NCBI GenBank assembly: GCA_002722615.1
Contig: PBMQ01000037.1
Span: 34,958-98,957, forward strand
Length of the DNA stretch: 64,000 nucleotides
Reading direction: 5' to 3'
Origin: Methanobacteriota archaeon
Lineage (GTDB): Archaea; Thermoplasmatota; Poseidoniia; Poseidoniales; Poseidoniaceae
Shown here: positions 21,601-29,288 of the stretch, in pieces
Numbering within the stretch: the stretch's first letter is position 1
How the letters are laid out: each line of letters starts with the position of its first letter
Position numbers and translations under genes: made by a program
Notes under the pieces: model-generated
Seen by the model: the letters and a program-made list of their open reading frames with translations, nothing else
Database searches by the model: none
Told to the model about the DNA's origin: nothing

Positions 21601-21700
21601 TCACTTCTTCTTCATCAGTGTCGTTAGAATCTCCACTTCCAAAACATCCAGACAACATCAACAGGGAAAGGAATACAGCAACGAATGGACTCTTCGTCAT
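18659..21700 (-). CDS. Secreted lipoprotein-like protein: TSP3 Ca-binding repeats followed by a peptide-N-glycosidase F (PNGase F)-like two-domain module
   Basis: Signal plus Cys (LSLLMLSGCFGSG). The TSP3 block is DDDNDGILDFEDGC / DRDRDGCNDVTEDSDDDGDGILDVNDAC. The C-terminal ~330 aa align to the PNGase F landmarks (motif strings in the PNGase F finding). Confidence 0.75.
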   Translation of the reverse strand: MTKSPFVAVFLSLLMLSGCFGSGDSNDTDEEEVSAPVPYSIQASWNEEAIIGEIDEISELAILLVTTGEGSYEIETLVTREGQSIDASSWSVNKKPTYISVVLLPDSPGEYNFEITITPSEGDSIVMTNSVEVPVPDEGGISLIIPQYLVAESSVMVFQGQVLHQSIESCNVVLTIPGEGASMDTFAMSLQDDGSFSFILSELDLRTESFMVHAEAKCGVFSTLEEFRNTTILIEVNNDADGDGIDDQFDNCPSGLGENDGWASSSASDADQDGCRDYDEDLDDDNDGILDFEDGCTSTIGWISTAENDRDRDGCNDVTEDSDDDGDGILDVNDACYDGEINWPANLYNDWDQDGCNDLLEDDDDDNDGELDTSDLCPKGRSNWMIDRNEMTDFDMDGCFDSTEDADDDNDNVDDVNATGATLDLCPKTPLGATDVDEFGCAAIERDSDADGVNDLIDQCEGTPTGLQVNTAGCADLDGDGVFANVDICADSPTHWTIDSDGCAIVQKPVQWAPGASVNGPMDVVPTFTVPTLDGTFTFQNRWTGTDVYLFMFKYTDSSGNSNSGTWATNPGTFIRNLPENTHLFYGSFDSTYHSDVLSRKSDVESKLNPSEEEKWDGRIHYIDMDASNIQGGLGEMISNFNSPFFMGIDRFQRARDTGSIYAWISQTNDPFHYTYEPHQWNAEFEPEIRMQDPGIDVVTLYDFERHAGGWGANHNSYRNATFTLPDNLSSYDTLEVFHEHACDERKNRYQKSDGSYGGCHEWDYLAHLYICDDDNSSSCGTEFMRWITTYGREGRWLTDISPYLFMLDDDQERRFRYKGANKGDMTIKFLFSNWGSGERAFDAEFGFTGGQFDGSYNNESRYVRSLNFTVPTETTRVEIVATITGHGFQQDDANCAEFCDHQHHYYIDSHHAYEWHPIVYSNTGCENEVSNGVVANQYGSWPFGRAGWCAGQDVKQWSLDITSWVDMNGQTNELTYRGLYNGQEYNPTGESSKGGRNIVAEIWVVFYTNSTA

Positions 21701-21729
21701 GGCTGTACATTGATGTTTAGACCAAGAAC

Positions 21730-22863
21730 CTAACGTTTGCCAATATAGAATTGTTCAGTCCTCGGATCGTTGAGAATTTGATTTTGAAGATTAACATTCA
21801 CGTCTGCAAAATCAACCTTAATTGGACATACCCATAAGAGTGGCATCTTATTTTCACGTTTAATTTTCAGTATAAATTCCCAATGAATCCTATGCAGGGG
21901 TGAATTCATTGTACCTGGCCACAATTGATCGGGCGGGTCAATTACAAAGCTTCCATCATCTGATATTGTCGAATGACCTCCTTCGCCAGAGAATCTCATT
22001 GGACGCAGGAAAACACCTCCTTGAATGTCTTTCCTTTCAATGGGAGAATCTTCACCGCCCGCTGTTCCATCATCTAAACCTGATTCCCAGTGGTGAGGCA
22101 ATGGAGTTGAAAGGCCAATAGGAGGTTGTGAATCTTCTGTAGATTGAGACAGTTCGATTAGAGACTCCCTAGACGGAGGTAACGTACCAACTTGCCAATG
22201 GACGGACATCGATTTCCAATCAGGTCGATTTGATGGGAATTGTATAGATCCAGTTAGTGGTTCTCCACTTACAATCGATGGACTGAATTTAACGATTGGT
22301 TGGTTTATTGATTCTCTGAAAAAATCTTGTTGCCGTTTTAGATCAATGAAATTAGCAACAATACGCAATACGATAGGAATCATCAATATTGGTACAACAA
22401 TGAGGCTGAGTATTGGATAATCAAGCAACCCAATCTGCATACTTTTTGTCCCAAAACTTGGAAGACCTAGTTCGCTTAAGAGTGGTTCTATAAACAAATA
22501 CACAAGAGTTGACAAGAGTAAAATTACTGCTATGTTGATCATATTTCGTGCATGTCCATGGAGTTGGTTTGGCAAAATATACCAGCCTCTCCGTTGTTCT
22601 TTTATCAGTTGAACAAATGGGCGAGAATCTTTACGCTTATCCGTTGGGTCTGACCATTCATCACCATCTTCATTAACGATTAGTCGTTGAATTAACCACC
22701 CTTCTTCGCTTTCAATCCGGTATGGTGGTAACCGGTTTTTGATATCAGATTTGTTTAGATTTTTTTCTAAGATCTTTTCCGATATAGGTGCAGCTTCAGG
22801 ATTGATTCGGCGGTCATCGAATGGTGGGTAACGCACGCGATGAAGAATCGACCATTTACCCAT
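21730..22863 (-). CDS. Hypothetical membrane protein
   Basis: 377 aa. Two or three central TM helices (MINIAVILLLSTLVYLFIEPLL, LSLIVVPILMIPIVLRIV). No recognisable motif. Confidence 0.45.
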   Translation of the reverse strand: MGKWSILHRVRYPPFDDRRINPEAAPISEKILEKNLNKSDIKNRLPPYRIESEEGWLIQRLIVNEDGDEWSDPTDKRKDSRPFVQLIKEQRRGWYILPNQLHGHARNMINIAVILLLSTLVYLFIEPLLSELGLPSFGTKSMQIGLLDYPILSLIVVPILMIPIVLRIVANFIDLKRQQDFFRESINQPIVKFSPSIVSGEPLTGSIQFPSNRPDWKSMSVHWQVGTLPPSRESLIELSQSTEDSQPPIGLSTPLPHHWESGLDDGTAGGEDSPIERKDIQGGVFLRPMRFSGEGGHSTISDDGSFVIDPPDQLWPGTMNSPLHRIHWEFILKIKRENKMPLLWVCPIKVDFADVNVNLQNQILNDPRTEQFYIGKR

Positions 22864-22875
22864 TGCTGCACCACC

Positions 22876-24093
22876 TCACGTGAAGAGTAATTTGACTCCA
22901 GCCTGAAGAGCGAGTTTACGGAATGCAGGTACTTTTTTGAGAAGTGCAAGGCCAAGTGGGACAGGTCTCTCAATATCTCCAATTTCATTGATGAGGCTGA
23001 TGACTTCTGGTTTTGCAAAGTTCGCAAAATGATTGTCTAATTCGTCGTCAGTTCTCGTCGAAACGAGAAGATCACGAAGAGCTCGTGCACGGTCTTGTTC
23101 CTTTTTCATCTTCGGCCAAGATGATTTTGTTACTGATTTCAGGTCTTTCTCAGTTAGTTGATTTGAGTTGATTTGCTTTACCAGTTTGTCAGCGATGGAT
23201 GATATTTGTTTGAAACCTGGGCCGAGACCTCCTCCCGTAGTTGGTTTAGCCATACCTGCTGCATCACCAATCACCATAACGCGATTTTTGAATGGACGAC
23301 GAATCATGCCAGATGGGACGGGGCCACAGTATCGAGCCGTTTCTGTGATGTTCTCAAAACGGTCTTTCCACAATGGATGGTTCAGTAAATCATTGTAGCA
23401 ATCGAGAACAGTTTTGCCGTCTAGGAGATCAGCCTTCGACCATAGCCCAATTCGGTGCGTTCCATTGCCAGAAGGAATAACCCATGCAAAGAAACCAGGT
23501 GCTATTTCTGAACCACTGTACATTTCTAGCCAACGGTTGTGCCCTTCATATCCTACGACTTCGGTTTGGAATCCCACCATCATCTCTTTTGGATAGCCCA
23601 TCTTGAATCGACGTCGGACCCAAGAATGAGCTCCATCACAGCCAATTAGAAGTTTACAGTTTAGTGTCTTTGTCTCCTCAGTTCTTTGGTTTTTGACTTC
23701 AACAACAACACCATTTGATTGAACATCAGCTGAGATAGGCTGGGATTCCAAGAGCAAATCTGCTCCTGATTCGAGACCTTGTTGGACTACTGTTTGATCA
23801 AATCTCTTACGACAGACAACATATGTTCGCAGTTCACCCTCTCTGCCGACAGGGACGAGTGTTCCCGATGGGCCATGGATAAGCGCTCCATCAACGTCTG
23901 CAACTACAGTATCGTAGGCTCTTACAGCGTCCATTGCGCTTGGTGTAACAAGTCCTGCGCACTGGAATGGCCTCCCAACTTCATTGTGTTCCTCGACCAT
24001 GAGTACAGATAGTCCACGCTCACAAAGAAGCCGAGAAGTATATCCTCCAACAGGCCCTGCTCCGATAACGATCACATCATAGTCGAAGTCCAT
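22876..24093 (-). CDS. Geranylgeranyl reductase family (digeranylgeranylglycerophospholipid reductase-like), FAD-dependent
   Basis: The N-terminal dinucleotide-binding motif is DVIVIGAGPVGGYTSRLLCERGLSVLMVEE. LIGCDGAHSWVRRR and VIGDAAGMAKPTTGGGL are GGR family signatures. Confidence 0.85.
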   Translation of the reverse strand: MDFDYDVIVIGAGPVGGYTSRLLCERGLSVLMVEEHNEVGRPFQCAGLVTPSAMDAVRAYDTVVADVDGALIHGPSGTLVPVGREGELRTYVVCRKRFDQTVVQQGLESGADLLLESQPISADVQSNGVVVEVKNQRTEETKTLNCKLLIGCDGAHSWVRRRFKMGYPKEMMVGFQTEVVGYEGHNRWLEMYSGSEIAPGFFAWVIPSGNGTHRIGLWSKADLLDGKTVLDCYNDLLNHPLWKDRFENITETARYCGPVPSGMIRRPFKNRVMVIGDAAGMAKPTTGGGLGPGFKQISSIADKLVKQINSNQLTEKDLKSVTKSSWPKMKKEQDRARALRDLLVSTRTDDELDNHFANFAKPEVISLINEIGDIERPVPLGLALLKKVPAFRKLALQAGVKLLFT

Positions 24094-24136
24094 GATTGCC
24101 TACGATGGACCGAACTTCAATAAGTTTCTTCTCTAT

Positions 24137-26860
24137 CTAGCGTTTAGCAAACCGGTAACCTACCCGTTCGTTCTTTTTGAGGTAGAGAATTGCAGTATAT
24201 GGGTTTCCAGATTTCTTGGCAATGAGATCTTCGAATGGTCCGATTTCCCCTTTTTCAATAAGTTGCTTTGCTTCTTCTCTTGTGATCTCACGCTTTGAGA
24301 TTTCTCGAGAGATATCTAATTTACACCCGCTAGCACTGGATTTCGGACGATAATGTGTTTCAGTTTCAAAGATTTCAGTTCCATGTTTCGGGCAAACAGC
24401 AACAACTCCGGGTTTGACTTCAAATCGACGCGCATCAGCAGCAGCTTCCCGGGGAGGGAATTCAAATCCAACTTTGTTACCTTCCAAAACAAGGAATGCA
24501 GGGAATGGCCTTCCTCGTCTTGAGATGAAATCTTGAATGAGCGGTGATTTTCCGTCGACGAGGATAGATTTTGCTTCCTCTCGATTTATTTCACGCTTAC
24601 AAATGACTTTACCTACGCCAGAGAACTTACATTCCTCTTGATCGCACGCATAATGGGTATCAGTTTCTCGAATCGTACCGTCACATTTTGGACAGGGACA
24701 CAATGCTTCATCAGAAGAGTTCGCACGATTACCTGTGGACTTGGATGAGGTCACTTTACCTTCATCTGAAATTACAATGGATGTCTCATAGGATTCCCCG
24801 TTTCTGTTGAAAAATCCATGGAGATCAGTAATTTCCCTTTGTTCAAGTAGTCTTTTGGCAGTTGACCTGTCGAACCATCGACCGCTGGTATCTTTCCAGA
24901 AAACGAACGAACATCCCTTCTCCTTACCTTCATTCATTTCACAAGTATACGACAATGCAGTTTCGATGATTGTTGACTGACATTTTGGACAATTGCCAAT
25001 GGAATCGTCCTGTTCGAACAATTTGCTTCGGTCATGGTCACGAACTCTTATCACCAAATCAGTGGTCTGTTCAATGATTGAATTCATGTATTCCGTTGCT
25101 TTAATTTCTCCTTTTTGTACGGAGGTAAGAGCTGCTTCCATCTCTCCTGTTAATTCTGCGGAGGTTATCCATTCAACAGGAATGCGACGTAGGATTTCAA
25201 TGATACGGATTCCATGTGGTGTTGCGTTAAGTGCACCTGATTGTTGGCGTGAAATGTACCCTCTTGATAGTAATTTTTCAATTGTATCCGCCCGTGTTGC
25301 AGGAGTACCTAGCCCCTTTCCAGATATGGCTTCAGCGAGATCTTCATCTTCGATGTCTTTGCCAGCTTTCTCCATCAAGGAAAGAAGTCTCGCTTCTTTT
25401 ATTCGAGCAGGAGGCTTTGACTTTTCTTCCTTCCATTCATGCGATGATATATCAGCCATTGGTGAGTCTTCGGAAACAGTCCCCCAACCTTCTGGGAAGG
25501 TGAGATTCTTTGGGACGACTTCCCGCCATCCTAATGTTGTGTATTGTTGAGCTTCTTTAGTGAAGATTTCTCCTTTCAGGTCTGCAGTTCTTTTTTGCTT
25601 CTCAATTAACGCTTCACCATACCAAGAGGCAATGAAGTTACGGACAATCATATTGAACAAACGTTGTTCATCTTTTGATAGGCTTTGAGTCGGTAAGTTG
25701 CCTGTTGGGATGATTGCAAAGTGGTCGCTTACTTTCGCATCGTTGAAGTTTCTCTTCTCGTTTTTGAGTCCATTGGATGTAAGTGTTTCAATGAAACCTT
25801 TCATGTCATCGAGTTGGCTCAAATTGCTTAGAGTTGTATTGATTGTCTCTATCATATCAGTTGGTAAATATCGTGAATCTGTACGCGGGTATGTCGTCAA
25901 TTTATGACGTTCGTACAGTGATTGAGCAACATTGAGTGTCCTCTTTGCTGGCCATGAAAACATTGAATTTGCCTGTCGTTGCAAAGTTGTCAAATCAAAA
26001 TTAAGGGGCGGTCGTTCTTTACTCTCAGAAATTTTCTGAGTCACTGTTGCCTCTTGTTTGGAATCTAGGAGTGCTTGAATTCGCTCCTTGTCTTCAACGG
26101 TAAGAATCCAGTGTGCCTTCGTGTCTTCATCGGATTTTCCACCTTCCCAACGTCCGTTCCAAGAACTGCTGCTGCCTTCAAATTGGGCAGTTAAGACCCA
26201 AAACGGTCTTGCGGTATGCTGCAATATTTCTATCTCATGATCGACAAGAATAGCAAGAGTCGCAGTTTGTACCCTACCCAAAGATATTCGTTCTGTTCTC
26301 TTTTTTGGAAGAAACACTTCCGCAATTCGTGAACCATTCATCCCAATAAGCCAGTCTGCATGACTGCGACTGTATGCTGCATCTGCAAGGTTCTGATATT
26401 CATTCGAGGATTTTCTTTCGTCCCATGCACGCTGAATCGCTTCGTTGGTCATCGATTGCAACCACATTCTTGATACAGGGGATTTGGACTTTGAATAGCG
26501 ATAAATCGTTTGGAAAATCAGTTCTCCTTCTCGAGCAGCGTCACACGCATTGACCACCTCGGTTACTGCTTTGTCTGACATGAGTTTTTTCACAGCAGTA
26601 AGTTGTTTACGAGTGGATCCTGATTTTGGCTTGAACTCAAATTTTTCAGGAATAAACGGCAAATCTTGAGCTGTTTTTCTCCAATTTTTGAAATCTGGGT
26701 TGTAATCATCCATGTATTTCAGTTCGAGCATATGGCCGACAGCCCATGTAACAACAATGCCTTCACCAGACCAATGTGTTGCCTCTTTTTTGTTGATGTT
26801 GAGCATCTTTGCAATATCTTCGGCGACACTTGGTTTCTCAGCGAGGACGACGATGCTCAT
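24137..26860 (-). CDS. topA: Type IA DNA topoisomerase (Topo I/III-like) with C-terminal Zn-ribbons and Toprim_C-type repeats
   Basis: The Toprim N-terminus is MSIVVLAEKPSVAEDIAKML...WAVGHMLEL. The central 5Y-CAP domain is present. The C-terminus has CPKC...C / CPCPKCDGT / CPKHGT Zn-ribbon motifs and repeats REI(T/N)REEAK...G..P...F. Confidence 0.9.
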   Translation of the reverse strand: MSIVVLAEKPSVAEDIAKMLNINKKEATHWSGEGIVVTWAVGHMLELKYMDDYNPDFKNWRKTAQDLPFIPEKFEFKPKSGSTRKQLTAVKKLMSDKAVTEVVNACDAAREGELIFQTIYRYSKSKSPVSRMWLQSMTNEAIQRAWDERKSSNEYQNLADAAYSRSHADWLIGMNGSRIAEVFLPKKRTERISLGRVQTATLAILVDHEIEILQHTARPFWVLTAQFEGSSSSWNGRWEGGKSDEDTKAHWILTVEDKERIQALLDSKQEATVTQKISESKERPPLNFDLTTLQRQANSMFSWPAKRTLNVAQSLYERHKLTTYPRTDSRYLPTDMIETINTTLSNLSQLDDMKGFIETLTSNGLKNEKRNFNDAKVSDHFAIIPTGNLPTQSLSKDEQRLFNMIVRNFIASWYGEALIEKQKRTADLKGEIFTKEAQQYTTLGWREVVPKNLTFPEGWGTVSEDSPMADISSHEWKEEKSKPPARIKEARLLSLMEKAGKDIEDEDLAEAISGKGLGTPATRADTIEKLLSRGYISRQQSGALNATPHGIRIIEILRRIPVEWITSAELTGEMEAALTSVQKGEIKATEYMNSIIEQTTDLVIRVRDHDRSKLFEQDDSIGNCPKCQSTIIETALSYTCEMNEGKEKGCSFVFWKDTSGRWFDRSTAKRLLEQREITDLHGFFNRNGESYETSIVISDEGKVTSSKSTGNRANSSDEALCPCPKCDGTIRETDTHYACDQEECKFSGVGKVICKREINREEAKSILVDGKSPLIQDFISRRGRPFPAFLVLEGNKVGFEFPPREAAADARRFEVKPGVVAVCPKHGTEIFETETHYRPKSSASGCKLDISREISKREITREEAKQLIEKGEIGPFEDLIAKKSGNPYTAILYLKKNERVGYRFAKR

Positions 26861-26914
26861 GATTTCAATGCGTTTGTCGACAATACTTGAAGGCTCGCCA
26901 GACTTGAAATAAAA

Positions 26915-26934
26915 CAGATAACATATGTTATCTG
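26915..26934. promoter_or_regulatory. 20-bp perfect palindrome CAGATAACATATGTTATCTG between the hypothetical gene's stop and the topA start
   Basis: Read directly from the sequence. It is a loop-less dyad, which points to a dimeric DNA-binding-protein site or a bidirectional hairpin. It sits 7 nt from the upstream gene's stop and ~55 nt from the topA ATG. Confidence 0.35.
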
Positions 26935-26940
26935 GAAAAA

Positions 26941-27360
26941 TTAACGCAGAGATTTCAGTCGTCGGCGGTGAGATGCTTCATCCCATTTTTCTTCATCGTC
27001 TCGATAACCACAGCCACTGCAACCGGGATATCCAGCAAGTAATAATTCTGAACACATCTGAAGAAGTTCTTCGATTAATTGCTGTGAATTAAACGGGAGC
27101 CAAAGTGTGTCTAGAGAGTTTGGTTCTTCCGAATCGAATGAAAATATTTGGTGTTCGTTGATGTGAAATGAACACTCACCCGCTTCCATTAAGGGGAATT
27201 CAAGTCGTTGTGGCATAGAATCTCCCATATTGAGAATTAATCTGTGCCATTGTTCATGCTGAGGTTTTGGAAGTCGTATGACTAAATTCTGTTCGACGAG
27301 TATTCGTCGTGAAGCTTCTCGGAGGGCAAGCCAAAGGGTTGAATTTTCCCCCATATGCAT
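26941..27360 (-). CDS. Hypothetical protein
   Basis: 139-aa ORF with no recognisable motif (the C-terminal GCSGCGYRDDEE is not a clear Zn motif). Retained because it fills an otherwise empty 420-nt gap on the same strand as topA. Confidence 0.35.
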   Translation of the reverse strand: MHMGENSTLWLALREASRRILVEQNLVIRLPKPQHEQWHRLILNMGDSMPQRLEFPLMEAGECSFHINEHQIFSFDSEEPNSLDTLWLPFNSQQLIEELLQMCSELLLAGYPGCSGCGYRDDEEKWDEASHRRRLKSLR

Positions 27361-27405
27361 GCTAACGAGCGCAAGGATTGAAGCATATCGGTCCGACCGT
27401 TATCC

Positions 27406-28503
27406 ATGGGGAGGATTTTCCGATGGTTTTCAAGACCGCTTTTGGCGGTTCAGGATTCGGAGAAAGCTCATGCGCGATCTCTCCTCTTGCTTCGATTGTT
27501 TTCTTCCAATCCATTCTCTCGTAGTCTGCTACGATTCCTCTACAAACCCAAAAGAAACCTCAACATTCAGTGTTTTGGAATGGAATATAATCATCCATTT
27601 GGATTGGCAGCTGGGATGGATAAACGTGCAGAGGCATTGCGCGGTTGGGAATCAATTGGTCTTGCATTCTCGGAAATCGGGGGAGTTACAATGCTTGAAC
27701 AAACGGGTAATCCCAAGCCACGTATGTTTCGAAATGGACGGGACCGTGCACTTGTTAATCGCATGGGATTCAACAATCCGGGTAGTGAAAAAGTTGCCAT
27801 TCGACTCAATCAAGTAGGGAAACAAACAATTCCTGTTTGGGCAAATCTTGGAAAATCAAAAGTTACTGCGCTATCAGATGCTAAAGATGACTATTCAACA
27901 TCATTAGAAAGGTTATGGCCGTACATCGATTTGTTTGTTGTCAATGTTTCGTCACCAAATACCCCTGGACTTAGAGAACTTCAACATGGTGATCATTTGA
28001 AGGAGATTCTAGACGCATGCATATTGAAAAACGAAGCATGCGCAAAACAACACAATGGAAAAACGAAACCTCTGTTAATCAAAGTGGCACCAGACCTGAC
28101 AACATCAGAACTTGAGTTGATTATTGATACTGCAATCACTTGCAAAATCGATGGTATTGTTGCAACAAATACTACCCTTGAACGTCCAAACGAAACCGAC
28201 AAGATCTATCAAGAACAAGGAGGTTGTTCTGGTTCACCACTCAAGAGTCAAAGCACAGCGATGATTCACCATATCTATTCATACACCAACGGTAAGTTAC
28301 CTATCGTTGGGGTGGGAGGAATCATGAATTCCGATGATGCATGGGAAAAGATAACAGCGGGGGCAACGTTGTTGCAAGCATATGCAGGGTTCGTGTTCGA
28401 AGGGCCAAGCTTATCAAAATCGATAGTTAATGGTCTTCATCGTAAACTCCAACAGTCCGAATTTGATACAATCGCAGACGCCGTTGGTTCTGCCCACCAA
28501 TGA
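27406..28503 (+). CDS. pyrD: Dihydroorotate dehydrogenase (quinone), class 2
   Basis: An N-terminal membrane-association extension (SRPLLAVQDSEKAHARSLLLLRL). HPFGLAAGMDK, GFNNPG, VNVSSPNTPGLR, KVAPDL, IVATNTT and GVGGI are class-2 DHODH motifs. Confidence 0.85.
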   Translation: MGRIFRWFSRPLLAVQDSEKAHARSLLLLRLFSSNPFSRSLLRFLYKPKRNLNIQCFGMEYNHPFGLAAGMDKRAEALRGWESIGLAFSEIGGVTMLEQTGNPKPRMFRNGRDRALVNRMGFNNPGSEKVAIRLNQVGKQTIPVWANLGKSKVTALSDAKDDYSTSLERLWPYIDLFVVNVSSPNTPGLRELQHGDHLKEILDACILKNEACAKQHNGKTKPLLIKVAPDLTTSELELIIDTAITCKIDGIVATNTTLERPNETDKIYQEQGGCSGSPLKSQSTAMIHHIYSYTNGKLPIVGVGGIMNSDDAWEKITAGATLLQAYAGFVFEGPSLSKSIVNGLHRKLQQSEFDTIADAVGSAHQ

Positions 28504-28555
28504 ACCGGATGAGCAGATGTTGAAATATGGACACGAAATGGAGTGAATTGATACA

Positions 28556-28942
28556 ATGCTGTCTTATCGTAATCGACTGCTACTTATCGGTGGTGTTGTT
28601 ACGATAGCAGTACTTGGGACAGTGTTCTTGCAAGCACCTGCTCCAACTCTTACCGTTGATGAATTAATGGAAGACAAATCATCTCATCTCGATGAACAAG
28701 TTGCAGTACGCGGTGAGATTCGAGATGGTAGCATCAATGAAACATCAATGACATTCATTCTTGAAGGACTTGACTATGAAATTCTTATTGACTATTCGAA
28801 TTCTGCTTCCATCTCCAATGGTCTAGGAGATAACCGCACTGTTTACGCTGAAGGGGTCTTTCGATCATCTGATGGTTCTTACATCGTCGAGGCTGATGTC
28901 ATCAAGACATCTTGTCCTTCGAAATACGAAGAAGAGGTTTGA
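28556..28942 (+). CDS. ccmE: CcmE-like heme chaperone, archaeal variant with a CxxxY motif (cytochrome c maturation System I component)
   Basis: N-terminal TM anchor (LLLIGGVVTIAVLGTVFL). The OB-fold body is collinear with CcmE (VRGEI..GSI...SMTFILEG...ILIDYSN....G.NRTVYAEGVFRS.DGSYIVEADVIKT). The C-terminal CPSKY replaces the bacterial HxxxY heme-binding motif, as in archaeal CcmE. Confidence 0.6.
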   Translation: MLSYRNRLLLIGGVVTIAVLGTVFLQAPAPTLTVDELMEDKSSHLDEQVAVRGEIRDGSINETSMTFILEGLDYEILIDYSNSASISNGLGDNRTVYAEGVFRSSDGSYIVEADVIKTSCPSKYEEEV

Positions 28943-28993
28943 ATCCTTTCATCGTTTCATTGAAATAGACCCTGTTGCAGGCTTGTATGGGAT

Positions 28994-29278
28994 AGGTGGG
29001 GAGCTAGGCGTACCCTGTACCACAAATCGTCTTTACGGTGGACTGAATGCCTTGGGGCGGCGAAAGCGGCTTACAGGTTCCTGCATGCGGACGTAGATGT
29101 CTCGCCCCCACATGATCCGGGTGTTGCGAACCGTTTCCGGAGGGAAACGGGAACCAAATAACCGGGGGAACAGGTCAGGCCGGGAACGGAGCATCCCTAC
29201 CTGGGGCCATGGGTGCTGTGGGGATACGGGACGGAGGAAGTGTGTAGATACGGCCTGTGGGTACGAGCGTCCACCCAA
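28994..29278 (+). ncRNA. ffs: Signal recognition particle RNA (7S RNA)
   Basis: A sharply GC-rich ~285-nt island in a ~45% GC, otherwise coding region. It contains CAGGUCAGGCCGGGAACGGAGCA, which matches the universally conserved SRP RNA helix-8 motif (E. coli 4.5S: CAGGUCAGGUCCGGAAGGAAGCAGC). The 5' GGUGGGGAGCUAGGCGUACCC can pair with the 3' GGGUACGAGCGUCCACC. A TATA-like TTTCATTGAAATA lies ~25-30 nt upstream. The ORFs predicted here (29033..29362 and others) are spurious. Confidence 0.6.
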
Positions 29279-29288
29279 GGATTCCCAC

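Noticed and set aside
24993-25550. 185-aa and 90-aa plus-strand ORFs inside topA
   Set aside because: Antisense to a well-supported, motif-rich topoisomerase gene. Ser/Arg-rich translation typical of a shadow ORF.
27278-27817. 179-aa plus-strand ORF overlapping the pyrD N-terminus
   Set aside because: Out of frame with pyrD, which carries the DHODH motifs across the same nucleotides. Shadow ORF.
28556-28942. Alternative reading of the CcmE-like gene as a generic OB-fold or DUF membrane protein
   Set aside because: Not fully rejected. The collinearity with CcmE and the terminal CxxxY favour CcmE, but there are no partner ccm genes, so confidence is kept at 0.6.
28994-29278. RNase P RNA as an alternative identity of the GC-rich RNA
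   Set aside because: A GCGGCUUACAG stretch vaguely recalls CR-V, but the CR-I GGAAAGUCCGGGC and CR-IV motifs are absent, whereas the SRP helix-8 motif is nearly exact.
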